Under the pieces are notes generated by a model. It was given only the letters and a program-made list of their open reading frames with translations. It had not been told where the DNA came from and did not search any database. Positions 24,522 to 32,176 of a stretch of 40,392 nt of DNA are shown here, in pieces (the first letter of the stretch is position 1; the number at the start of each line of letters is the position of its first letter). The position numbers and the translations under genes are program-made. Where the stretch lies: the NCBI GenBank assembly GCA_900766785.1, contig CAAFWT010000057.1, positions 1 through 40,392 of the forward strand. The letters run 5' to 3'. This DNA comes from an uncultured Paraprevotella sp. (GTDB lineage: Bacteria; Bacteroidota; Bacteroidia; Bacteroidales; Bacteroidaceae).

Positions 24522-24844
24522 ATCCCCATTTTCCTCCTTTTCAGCATCGGTCAAATGCCTTTTAGTGTCGCCTCGGTGGATTTTGACGCATTCTGAGAGT
24601 ACTTACGAAAATCAAAAAGTAAGCAGGTGGCTTTATTTTTGAGCATAAAGTCAAAAAGTCGGCCGAGCCGGTTTACCTCGATGCTTGGGCATATTCAGGA
24701 GAAGGAGAGGGAAGGGAAGGCATGCCCTGACAGATTCTCCTCCCTGGCGTCTCACTGCGGAACCATACATCTGTTCGTGCATCACCTGGAACATGGGTAG
24801 TTTTTTCCAAACTACAGGTAATGGTCAGCTGACGTATTTCTTTG

Positions 24845-24852
24845 TAATTTTG
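24845..24852 (+). promoter_or_regulatory. -7 promoter box (TAATTTTG) for the hydrolase/flavoprotein cluster
   Basis: Matches TAnnTTTG 29 nt upstream of the ATG at 24881. Confidence 0.45.
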
Positions 24853-24880
24853 CATCCGGAACCTTATTCACCAAGTGATT

Positions 24881-26005
24881 ATGAAACAGAAATTGTTTTT
24901 ATTAATAGTATTTTTGATAGCAATGGCAATTACAACCAATGCGTCGGCACTGAAAGTGCAGGGCGAGAGGACTGAAGAAAAATGGGACAAGGTGTTCCCA
25001 TTGAGCGAGACAGTCAATCACCGGAAGGTGGAGTTCAAGAATCGGTATGGCATAACACTTGTGGGAGATTTATATACTCCCAAAAGTGGAGGCAACGGAA
25101 TGGCTCTTGCTGTGTGTGGGCCTTTTGGTGCGTCAAAGGAACAGTCGAGTGGACTCTATGCCATGAAGATGGCGGAACGAGGATTTGTCACTTGTGCTTT
25201 CGACCCTTCTTTTACTGGGGAAAGCGGCGGTGAGCCCCGGCGTACTTCCTCACCTGACATCAATACCGAAGACTTCTTGGCAGCGGTGGATTTCCTTTCC
25301 TGCCTGCCCGATGTGGACGAGGAGAAGATAGGCATCATCGGCATTTGCGGATGGGGCGGCATAGCTCTGAATGCGGCTGCCGTTGACCCTCGCATCAAAG
25401 CCACGGTGGCGAGCACTATGTACGATATGTGCCGAGTGAACGGCAACGGCTATTTTGATGAGAACGACAGCGAGGAAGCCCGTTATGCCGCTCGCAAGGC
25501 GATGGCTGCCGAACGCACCAAGGCTGCACGGAGTGGCAAGCTGACGCAGGCAGGAGGTGTGGTAGATCCGTTGCCTGCCGATGCCCCGCAGTTTGTCAAG
25601 GACTATTATGACTACTATAAGACGAGTCGTGGCTATCATCCTCGTTCGGGCAACAGCAACGATGGTTGGCACACCTTTGGCTGTCAGGCATATTCCAATG
25701 CGCGTTTCCTTTATTATATCAATGAGATACGTTCGGCGGTGCTCATCATGCACGGCGAGAAAGCCCACTCCCGTTACTTCGGCGAGGCTGCTTATAAGTA
25801 TATGGTAGAGGGTAAAGCCACTGGATATGATGCAGTCCGCAAGCCAAATCCTGTGCCAGGGAACAAGGAGTTGCTCATTATCCCAGATGCCAGCCATTGC
25901 GACCTCTACGATGGCGGTTATACCGAACTGGAAGGCAAGGGCAAGGCGAAAAACATGATTCCTTGGGATAAGATAGCTGATTTCATCAAAAAGAACATGA
26001 AATGA
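24881..26005 (+). CDS. Secreted alpha/beta-fold hydrolase with Cys at the nucleophile elbow
   Basis: Signal peptide, then an alpha/beta hydrolase layout with the elbow GICGWGG (G-x-C-x-G) and a late ...IPDASHCDLYD His region. Confidence 0.7.
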   Translation: MKQKLFLLIVFLIAMAITTNASALKVQGERTEEKWDKVFPLSETVNHRKVEFKNRYGITLVGDLYTPKSGGNGMALAVCGPFGASKEQSSGLYAMKMAERGFVTCAFDPSFTGESGGEPRRTSSPDINTEDFLAAVDFLSCLPDVDEEKIGIIGICGWGGIALNAAAVDPRIKATVASTMYDMCRVNGNGYFDENDSEEARYAARKAMAAERTKAARSGKLTQAGGVVDPLPADAPQFVKDYYDYYKTSRGYHPRSGNSNDGWHTFGCQAYSNARFLYYINEIRSAVLIMHGEKAHSRYFGEAAYKYMVEGKATGYDAVRKPNPVPGNKELLIIPDASHCDLYDGGYTELEGKGKAKNMIPWDKIADFIKKNMK

Positions 26006-26030
26006 GTACAATAATTTGCATAAACTAAAA

Positions 26031-26567
26031 ATGAAAAAAGTTATCGTAATTTCCACCAGTCTCCGCGCTGGGTCGAACAGCGACATGCTGGCTGAGAAGT
26101 TTGCCGAAGGTGCCAAGGCATCGGGCCATGCGGTAGAGAAGATTTCCCTCAGGGGGAAGGAGATAAAGTTCTGCATTGGTTGCCTGAGTTGCCAGAAGAC
26201 GGGTGCATGTGTGTTCAGGGATGATGTGCCTGCCATCATGGAGAAAGTGCTGAATGCCGATGTGGTCTGTTGGGCAACACCTATTTATTATTATGAGATG
26301 AGCGGACAGATGAAGACACTCATTGACCGCATGAATGCCATGTGTCCCAAGGACTACCGTTTCCGCGACATCTATCTGCTCACCACAGCTGCCGAAGATG
26401 AAGAGGACACTCCCCGGCGTGCCGAGATGGGGCTGACAGGATGGATAGACTGCTACGGCAAGTCTGCACTCAAGGGGCACCTGTTCTGCGGAGGAGTAAC
26501 CGATGCCAGAGACATCGAAGGCAATGCCTCTCTGATGCAGGCCTACGAGATGGGAAAAGGGGTTTGA
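26031..26567 (+). CDS. Iron-sulfur flavoprotein-like NADPH-dependent FMN reductase family protein
   Basis: MKKVIVISTSLRAGSNS is a flavodoxin-like FMN loop, and the compact Cys motif CIGCLSCQKTGAC (C-x2-C-x2-C-x5-C) is typical of Isf-type proteins. Confidence 0.75.
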   Translation: MKKVIVISTSLRAGSNSDMLAEKFAEGAKASGHAVEKISLRGKEIKFCIGCLSCQKTGACVFRDDVPAIMEKVLNADVVCWATPIYYYEMSGQMKTLIDRMNAMCPKDYRFRDIYLLTTAAEDEEDTPRRAEMGLTGWIDCYGKSALKGHLFCGGVTDARDIEGNASLMQAYEMGKGV

Positions 26568-26568
26568 T

Positions 26569-26847
26569 GGCGAGGGAATAAACTGGCACATCCATCATGC
26601 CACCCAGGGCGGAGGACAGATGCTTATCGGTGTGGCCGGACGTGGCTGGTATCAGGAGGAGGGAAAACCAGCCACGGAAATCCTTCCAGGAACAGTCATT
26701 CACATCCCTGCTGGTGTGAAGCATTGGCATGGAGCTGCTGCCGACAGTTGGTTTGCTCATCTGGCTTTTGAGATAGAGGGAGAGAACACGTCCAATGAAT
26801 GGCTGGAACCAGTCTCAGAGACTGAGTATGAACAGGTAAACGAATAA
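26569..26847 (+). pseudogene. 5'-truncated cupin-domain gene
   Basis: Cupin motif 1 (NWHIHHATQGGGQ) is in frame but upstream of the only start codon (ATG 26620). The frame opens only at 26536, inside the preceding gene. Motif 2 (PAGVKHWHGA) and the C-terminus are intact. About 40-50 N-terminal residues expected for this family are missing. Confidence 0.6.
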
Positions 26848-26864
26848 TAACCATACCGATTGAT

Positions 26865-27434
26865 ATGATGAAACATCTGAAATTCTATCTGTTTGCCGTG
26901 CTGACCTTATTTGCAGCATCGGCTTGTTCACAAAACAAGACCAAAGGCACCATGGAAAAGAAAAAAGTATTGGTAGTGTATTTCTCGGCAACGGGAACAA
27001 CGAGGCAAGTGGCCAGACAAATAGCCACTATGGCCGATGCAGACATCTGCGAGATTGTACCTAAGAAGCTATATTCCAGTGCCGACCTCGACTGGACCAA
27101 CCAGCAGTCGCGCAGTTCGGTGGAGATGAATAATCCAAAAGCCCGACCAGAGATTAAAGCTGTGTCAGTGAACGTACGTCAGTATAACTACATCTTCCTG
27201 GGCTATCCTATATGGTGGAACCTCGCACCGAGAACCGTGAACTCTTTCATTGAGGCGGCAGACTTGGCAGGCAAGACTGTGATTCCCTTTGCAACGTCAG
27301 GAAGCAGCACCATTGCCAACAGTGTGGCTGTGCTGAAGAAGTCTTACCCAAAAATCAAGTGGCAGACAGGCAAACTGCTGAATCGTGTCGGCGAGAAAGA
27401 GATGGGAACATGGGTTTCAGAAACAATACAATGA
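26865..27434 (+). CDS. Flavodoxin-family protein with lipoprotein signal peptide
   Basis: A lipobox signal (LFAASAC) is followed by VLVVYFSATGTTRQVA (flavodoxin FMN loop) and GYPIWW. Confidence 0.75.
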   Translation: MMKHLKFYLFAVLTLFAASACSQNKTKGTMEKKKVLVVYFSATGTTRQVARQIATMADADICEIVPKKLYSSADLDWTNQQSRSSVEMNNPKARPEIKAVSVNVRQYNYIFLGYPIWWNLAPRTVNSFIEAADLAGKTVIPFATSGSSTIANSVAVLKKSYPKIKWQTGKLLNRVGEKEMGTWVSETIQ

Positions 27435-27435
27435 T

Positions 27436-28326
27436 ATGGAAGAGGTTTTTCTCAATACAGTACAGGATTTCAACGACTATCAGGGGGTGGAGACACTTCA
27501 TCCTCTGGTGAGCGTGGTGCATGTGGAGAACACAGAGCACATCCAGGAGTGTGTGATGCACTATGGACTTTATGCTATCTATCTCAAGGAAAACAAGGGG
27601 TGCAAGCTCTCTTATGGCCGTACACCCTATGACTTCGACGAGATGACCGTGACCAGCTTTGCTCCTGGTCAGGTGGTGAAGGTGGAACCAAACCCCGATG
27701 TTCCTTTTGCCAAGTTTACAGCCCTGGTGTTCCATCCCGACCTTCTCAACCGCACTGCTTTAGGCAGACAGATGAGCCGTTATGAGTTCTTCGACTATTC
27801 CAGTACTGAGGCTTTGCATCTCTCCGTCCAGGAGGTGGAAGTCTTCAGGGGTGTGATAACTATGATAGAGCAGGAGTTGCACCGTGCCATAGACAAGCAT
27901 ACACGCGAACTGATAATCTCCAACATCGAACTGCTACTGAACTATTGTCTCCGCTTCTATGACCGCCAGTTCATCACTCGCGAGGAAATCAATCATTCGG
28001 TGGTGAAGAGATTCATGGAACTGCTGGATGACTACATCTCCTCTAAAGCCCTGCGAGAGGGATTGCCCACAGTGGCCTATTTTGCAGACAAATGCTGTCT
28101 GTCGAGCGGATATTTCGGAAACCTGGTGCGCGTGGAAACTGGTCGTACTGCCAAGGACATCATTGCCGACCGCCTTCTCGCCCATGCCAAACAGTTGCTC
28201 AATGATGACACGCTGACCATCACAATGATTAGCGAACGTATGGGTTTTGACTATCCTCAGCATTTCGTTCGTTTCTTCAAATCCCATACGGGCAAAACAC
28301 CTTCCGCATACAGGAAGGTGTCCTGA
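27436..28326 (+). CDS. AraC-family transcriptional regulator
   Basis: The C-terminus has dual HTH motifs (...YFADKCCLSSGYFGNLVR...GFDYPQHFVRFFKSHTGKTPSAYR). The start is 1 nt after the flavodoxin stop. Confidence 0.9.
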   Translation: MEEVFLNTVQDFNDYQGVETLHPLVSVVHVENTEHIQECVMHYGLYAIYLKENKGCKLSYGRTPYDFDEMTVTSFAPGQVVKVEPNPDVPFAKFTALVFHPDLLNRTALGRQMSRYEFFDYSSTEALHLSVQEVEVFRGVITMIEQELHRAIDKHTRELIISNIELLLNYCLRFYDRQFITREEINHSVVKRFMELLDDYISSKALREGLPTVAYFADKCCLSSGYFGNLVRVETGRTAKDIIADRLLAHAKQLLNDDTLTITMISERMGFDYPQHFVRFFKSHTGKTPSAYRKVS

Positions 28327-28367
28327 GTGTTCCTCTTTTTCCTCCCTTTTCTCTTATTCAGAACAGG

Positions 28368-28391
28368 ACTGGCGATTACGATGCCAGTTTT
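28368..28391 (+). terminator. Weak intrinsic terminator after the AraC gene
   Basis: ACTGGC gattacgat GCCAGT followed by TTT. Confidence 0.35.
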
Positions 28392-28404
28392 ACCCATCTC
28401 AGAC

Positions 28405-28460
28405 GCAGTGCACTGCAACCGCTCCTGCAGTGCACTGCATCCGTCCTTGCAGTGCACTGC
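28405..28460. repeat. Array C: three identical GC-clamped palindromes on a 22-bp register
   Basis: GCAGTGCACTGC at 28405-28416, 28427-28438 and 28449-28460, with linkers AACCGCTCCT and ATCCGTCCTT. It lies between the convergent AraC and nqrF gene ends. Confidence 0.9.
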
Positions 28461-28612
28461 GTGGAAAATGCGATTCCTTTTTGAAATGGTTCCCTGTTCG
28501 GCTTGTGCCCCGTTGCCATAAGCATCCTTTTGCTCCAGGCAGCAAAGCATTATGTTTGTCATCGCTCGGAAATATACTTTTTGTACAATCAAAGACAGAT
28601 GAAGTCAGTTCA

Positions 28613-28660
28613 TGGAAAACAAAGAGGCTGCGCTGTAAACCTCATTTACAACGCAGCCTC
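28613..28660 (-). terminator. Intrinsic terminator of the nqr operon
   Basis: A 16-bp stem (28624-28639 / 28645-28660, one mismatch, 5-nt loop) lies 26 nt after the nqrF stop. It is followed on the minus strand by TTTGTTTTC. Confidence 0.75.
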
Positions 28661-28685
28661 TCTCGGATTGCTCTCTCAGAAGATA

Positions 28686-29975
28686 TTACCCTCCGAAGTT
28701 ATCGAAGCGAATCATATCATCTTCAACACCGAGACTATGCAACAAGTCGAGCACCGTCTTGGCCATCATTGGAGGACCGCAGAGATAGTACTCACAATCC
28801 TCGGGAGACTCATGCTGCTTGAGATATGTGTCGCCCATTACTGGTGCCACAAAGCCTGGTGTGTACTTGATGCCAGCAGCATCTGCCTTGGGATCGGGAC
28901 GGTCCAGAGCCAAATGGAAATGGAAGTTGGGGAAATCCTTTTCCAACTGCAGGAAGTCGTCGAGGAAAGGAATCTCCTCCAAGGCACGTGCACCATAGAA
29001 ATAGTGCATGGGACGATTGCGGTCCTCTTCCTTCACACCATGACCCTTGAGCATGTGCATAATCTGTGCACGCAGAGGAGCCATACCGGCACCACCGCCT
29101 ACCCAAATCATTTCACGGCCTGAACCATATACAGGACGGAACTCTCCGTAAGGGCCACTCATGGTCACCTTGTCGCCTGGCTTCAGACTGAAGATGTAAG
29201 AAGAGGCGATACCAGGATTGACATCCATGAAGCCTGGACCCTGATCCTTGGGCTTGAAGGGAGGTGTGGCAATACGTACATTCAGGGTGATGATGTCACC
29301 CTCGTCGGGATAGTTGGCCATTGAATATGCACGGATGGTGGCTGTGGGATTCTGACACTTCAGACCGAAGAGTCCGAACTTCTCCCATGCGGGAAGATAA
29401 ACATCACCGATGAGGCTCTTGTCAAAGTCCTTGTCATAATCGATGCAGTCAAATGCTGGAATCTTGATCTGTGCATAAGAACCAGGTTCGAAGTCCATGT
29501 GCTCGCCTGGAGGCAGAGCCACCTTATACTCCTTGATGAACGTGGCCACGTTGCGGTTGCCAATCACTGTGCATTCCCATTCCTTGACGCCCATCACTGA
29601 GTCGTCCACACGGATGGACATATCACTCTTCACCTTGCACTGGCATCCCAGACGCCAATGGTCCTTGATTTGCTTGCGAGTGAAGTGACCCTTCTCGGAA
29701 TCGAGAATCTCACCACCTCCCTCGGGAACCTGCAACTTACACTGTCCGCACGAACCTTTTCCTCCACAAGCACTGGGCAGGAAGATGCCCGCCTGTGACA
29801 GGGTAGATAACAGAGATGCACCCTGGCCCACACTCACGGTGTCCTTGCCATTGATGGTGATGTTGACATTACCACTGGGTGACAAATAGGTCTTTGCTAC
29901 AAGCAGGATGACAACCAGCACCAGGATGATTACCAGGAATACTGCAATGCTTGCTAAAATCAAATTCATATCCAT
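28686..29975 (-). CDS. nqrF: Na+-translocating NADH:quinone reductase subunit F
   Basis: N-terminal TM helix, a 2Fe-2S ferredoxin motif (CGGKGSCGQCK) and an FAD/NADH-binding domain (RAYSMAN). Confidence 0.95.
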   Translation of the reverse strand: MDMNLILASIAVFLVIILVLVVILLVAKTYLSPSGNVNITINGKDTVSVGQGASLLSTLSQAGIFLPSACGGKGSCGQCKLQVPEGGGEILDSEKGHFTRKQIKDHWRLGCQCKVKSDMSIRVDDSVMGVKEWECTVIGNRNVATFIKEYKVALPPGEHMDFEPGSYAQIKIPAFDCIDYDKDFDKSLIGDVYLPAWEKFGLFGLKCQNPTATIRAYSMANYPDEGDIITLNVRIATPPFKPKDQGPGFMDVNPGIASSYIFSLKPGDKVTMSGPYGEFRPVYGSGREMIWVGGGAGMAPLRAQIMHMLKGHGVKEEDRNRPMHYFYGARALEEIPFLDDFLQLEKDFPNFHFHLALDRPDPKADAAGIKYTPGFVAPVMGDTYLKQHESPEDCEYYLCGPPMMAKTVLDLLHSLGVEDDMIRFDNFGG

Positions 29976-29996
29976 TGTATGTTCCTCCTGCCTTTT

Positions 29997-30626
29997 TTAG
30001 ATTTTCAAACCACTGAAGCACATAAACGCCATGGCCATCAGACCTACCGTGATAAAGGTTATGCCCAAGCCCTGGAGAGGACGAGGCACATCGGTATAAG
30101 CCATCTTCTCGCGAATGGCAGCCAAGCCCACAATGGCCATCAGCCAACCAATACCGCTTCCCAATGCATAGGCAATGGCATCGCCAAAGCCTGAGATAGC
30201 CTGACTGCTGGTCTCGGGATCCATCGTTACACGCTGCTGCATGAAGAGGGAGGCACCCATGATGGCGCAGTTGACAGCTATAAGGGGCAGGAAGATACCC
30301 AGCGAAGCATAGAGTGAGGGACTGAATCGCTCTACTATCATCTCCACCAGTTGCACGATACCTGCAATCACTGCAATGAAGAGAATAAAGGCGAGGAACG
30401 TAAGGTCAACTCCCTCAACCAAGGCATCGGGGCCCAATACATAGGTCTGCAAAGCATAGTCCACAGGAACGGTAATGAGCAGCACGAAGGTTACTGCTAC
30501 ACCCAGTCCCAGGGCAGTCTTCACATTCTTGGATACAGCCAAGTAAGAGCACATACCCAGGAAAAATGCGAATATCATGTTGTCCACAAAGATGGAGCGG
30601 ACAAACAAACTTATCATATGTTCCAT
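29997..30626 (-). CDS. nqrE: Na+-NQR subunit E
   Basis: A 209-aa polytopic membrane protein; [14 protein letters not shown]... is typical NqrE/RnfA, and the gene order fits. Confidence 0.9.
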   Translation of the reverse strand: MEHMISLFVRSIFVDNMIFAFFLGMCSYLAVSKNVKTALGLGVAVTFVLLITVPVDYALQTYVLGPDALVEGVDLTFLAFILFIAVIAGIVQLVEMIVERFSPSLYASLGIFLPLIAVNCAIMGASLFMQQRVTMDPETSSQAISGFGDAIAYALGSGIGWLMAIVGLAAIREKMAYTDVPRPLQGLGITFITVGLMAMAFMCFSGLKI

Positions 30627-30650
30627 TATTCTTTGTTTTATTTTGGTATG

Positions 30651-31289
30651 TTACTTCTTTTCTTCCTTGTTCAGAGAACGGTGTGCCCATATGAAGCAAC
30701 CTACGATGATGAGTGACATGGCTGGCATGACCATCATACCGTTGTTGGCGTACCAACCACCATTCTCAATATACCAACTCTGAGGGATGACATTGAAGCC
30801 AAGCAATGTGCCGAAGCCAAAGAGTTCGCGAACGAAACCTACAACCACCAGCACAAAGGCATAGCCCAATCCGTTGCCTATTCCATCCAGGAATGATGCC
30901 CAGGGACCATTCTGCATGGCAAAAGCCTCCAGGCGTCCCATCAGAATACAGTTGGTGATGATAAGGCCCACATAGACGGAGAGCTGGACACTCACGTCAT
31001 AAGCAAAGGCCTTGAGCACCTGACTGACAATAGTAACCAGCGCAGCCACGACCACCAGCTGAACGATGATACGTATGCGGTTGGGGATGGTCTTGCGCAA
31101 CAAAGAGATAATCACATTGGCAAAAGCAGTGATGATGGTCACACTCAGACCCATCACAATAGCTGGCTCCAACTGAGAGGTAACAGCCAGAGCAGAGCAG
31201 ATACCAAGCACCTGTACGGCAACTGGATTGTTCAGATTCAATGGGCCGGTTAGTGCTTCGCGGTTCTCTGCGGAAAACAACTTACTCAT
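30651..31289 (-). CDS. nqrD: Na+-NQR subunit D
   Basis: NPVAVQVLGICSALAVT... is the NqrD/RnfE signature, and the gene order fits. Confidence 0.9.
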   Translation of the reverse strand: MSKLFSAENREALTGPLNLNNPVAVQVLGICSALAVTSQLEPAIVMGLSVTIITAFANVIISLLRKTIPNRIRIIVQLVVVAALVTIVSQVLKAFAYDVSVQLSVYVGLIITNCILMGRLEAFAMQNGPWASFLDGIGNGLGYAFVLVVVGFVRELFGFGTLLGFNVIPQSWYIENGGWYANNGMMVMPAMSLIIVGCFIWAHRSLNKEEKK

Positions 31290-31306
31290 ATTTCTGTTCC
31301 TCCTTA

Positions 31307-32167
31307 TTAATTATTCGTTTGTGTATCCTCGCCGCCTTCGGAGCATGCTGCAGCACAACTGTCCTGAGGACATGCGGGCTCTGACTGGAGGTCAGGAACG
31401 GCACAAGGCATGGCCTTGATGATTTCACCATAAACCTCCAATCCCTCGGTGACCATGGCAGCCACACCCTTGCTCGTAAGGGTGGCTCCTGTTACACCAT
31501 CTATCTCTGTCTCTTTGGCAGCCGTTCCGGCTTTGACAACAGTGAGGGCGATATTTCCTTCCTCGTTCAGGACTGGACGGCCAGAGAACTGCTTCTGGAA
31601 CCAACGCTCGTTGATACGTGCACCCAGTCCGGCTGTCTCACTCTCATGACCGAAATAGGAACCATAAGCATGAAGCATATCCTCGTCAAGTGAGATATAT
31701 CCCCACAGACCGCCCCACAGACCGCGTCCCTTGAGAGGGAATACATATTTCACCACACCATCTACGTTGGCCTTGAAATATGGAGCACTTGCTGATGTCT
31801 GGAGCGTATCGGTAATCACCTCGTCATACTTGGCATCCACAGCCTCGCCCTTCAGGTTCTCAATATTGAGAGAAATGAGAATCTGATTCTTGGTGTCGCG
31901 AAGCACATTGGCATCCTGAGTGGGTTTCAAGGCAGAACTTACGAAAGCCAGCAGGAATGCCACTATCACTACCATCACAGCAGCATACAGAATTGTGTAT
32001 ACGTTGCTGTTGGTGTCTATGCCCTTCTTGGCAGGAGCGGACTGAGCGCCAGCCTCAACCACCTCCTCTATATTGGAAGCGTCTGCCATACAGATAGGGC
32101 ACTTGTCAGGCATTGAGTCTGCCTCGAATGTCTGACCACAAATATTACACTTAAATTTCTTTGCCAT
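31307..32167 (-). CDS. nqrC: Na+-NQR subunit C with N-terminal zinc-ribbon and C-terminal Cys-rich extensions
   Basis: A TM helix (VYTILYAAVMVVIVAFLLAFV) and the FMN attachment site TGATLTS define the NqrC core. It is preceded by KCNICGQ-x14-CPIC and followed by a 33-aa tail with 5 Cys. The start is 9 nt after the nqrB stop. Confidence 0.9.
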   Translation of the reverse strand: MAKKFKCNICGQTFEADSMPDKCPICMADASNIEEVVEAGAQSAPAKKGIDTNSNVYTILYAAVMVVIVAFLLAFVSSALKPTQDANVLRDTKNQILISLNIENLKGEAVDAKYDEVITDTLQTSASAPYFKANVDGVVKYVFPLKGRGLWGGLWGYISLDEDMLHAYGSYFGHESETAGLGARINERWFQKQFSGRPVLNEEGNIALTVVKAGTAAKETEIDGVTGATLTSKGVAAMVTEGLEVYGEIIKAMPCAVPDLQSEPACPQDSCAAACSEGGEDTQTNN

Positions 32168-32176
32168 GAGTCTGTA

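Noticed and set aside
24209-24596. Four overlapping 65-116-aa ORFs on both strands in the umuC-hydrolase gap.
   Set aside because: They are mutually overlapping and span the palindrome array. Their compositions are odd (Cys/Phe/Lys-rich), with no promoter box or family signature. I treat the region as non-coding.
28247-29123. ORFs 28247-28822 (191 aa) and 28503-29123 (206 aa) spanning the AraC-nqrF spacer.
   Set aside because: They run through array C and two terminators and into the antisense of nqrF. Their translations are Cys/Ser/His-rich with no motifs, so they are spurious.
29485-29493. A GGTTCGAAG T-loop-like motif suggesting a tRNA.
   Set aside because: It lies inside the nqrF coding sequence, with no acceptor or anticodon stem context. 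No tRNA is found anywhere in the window.
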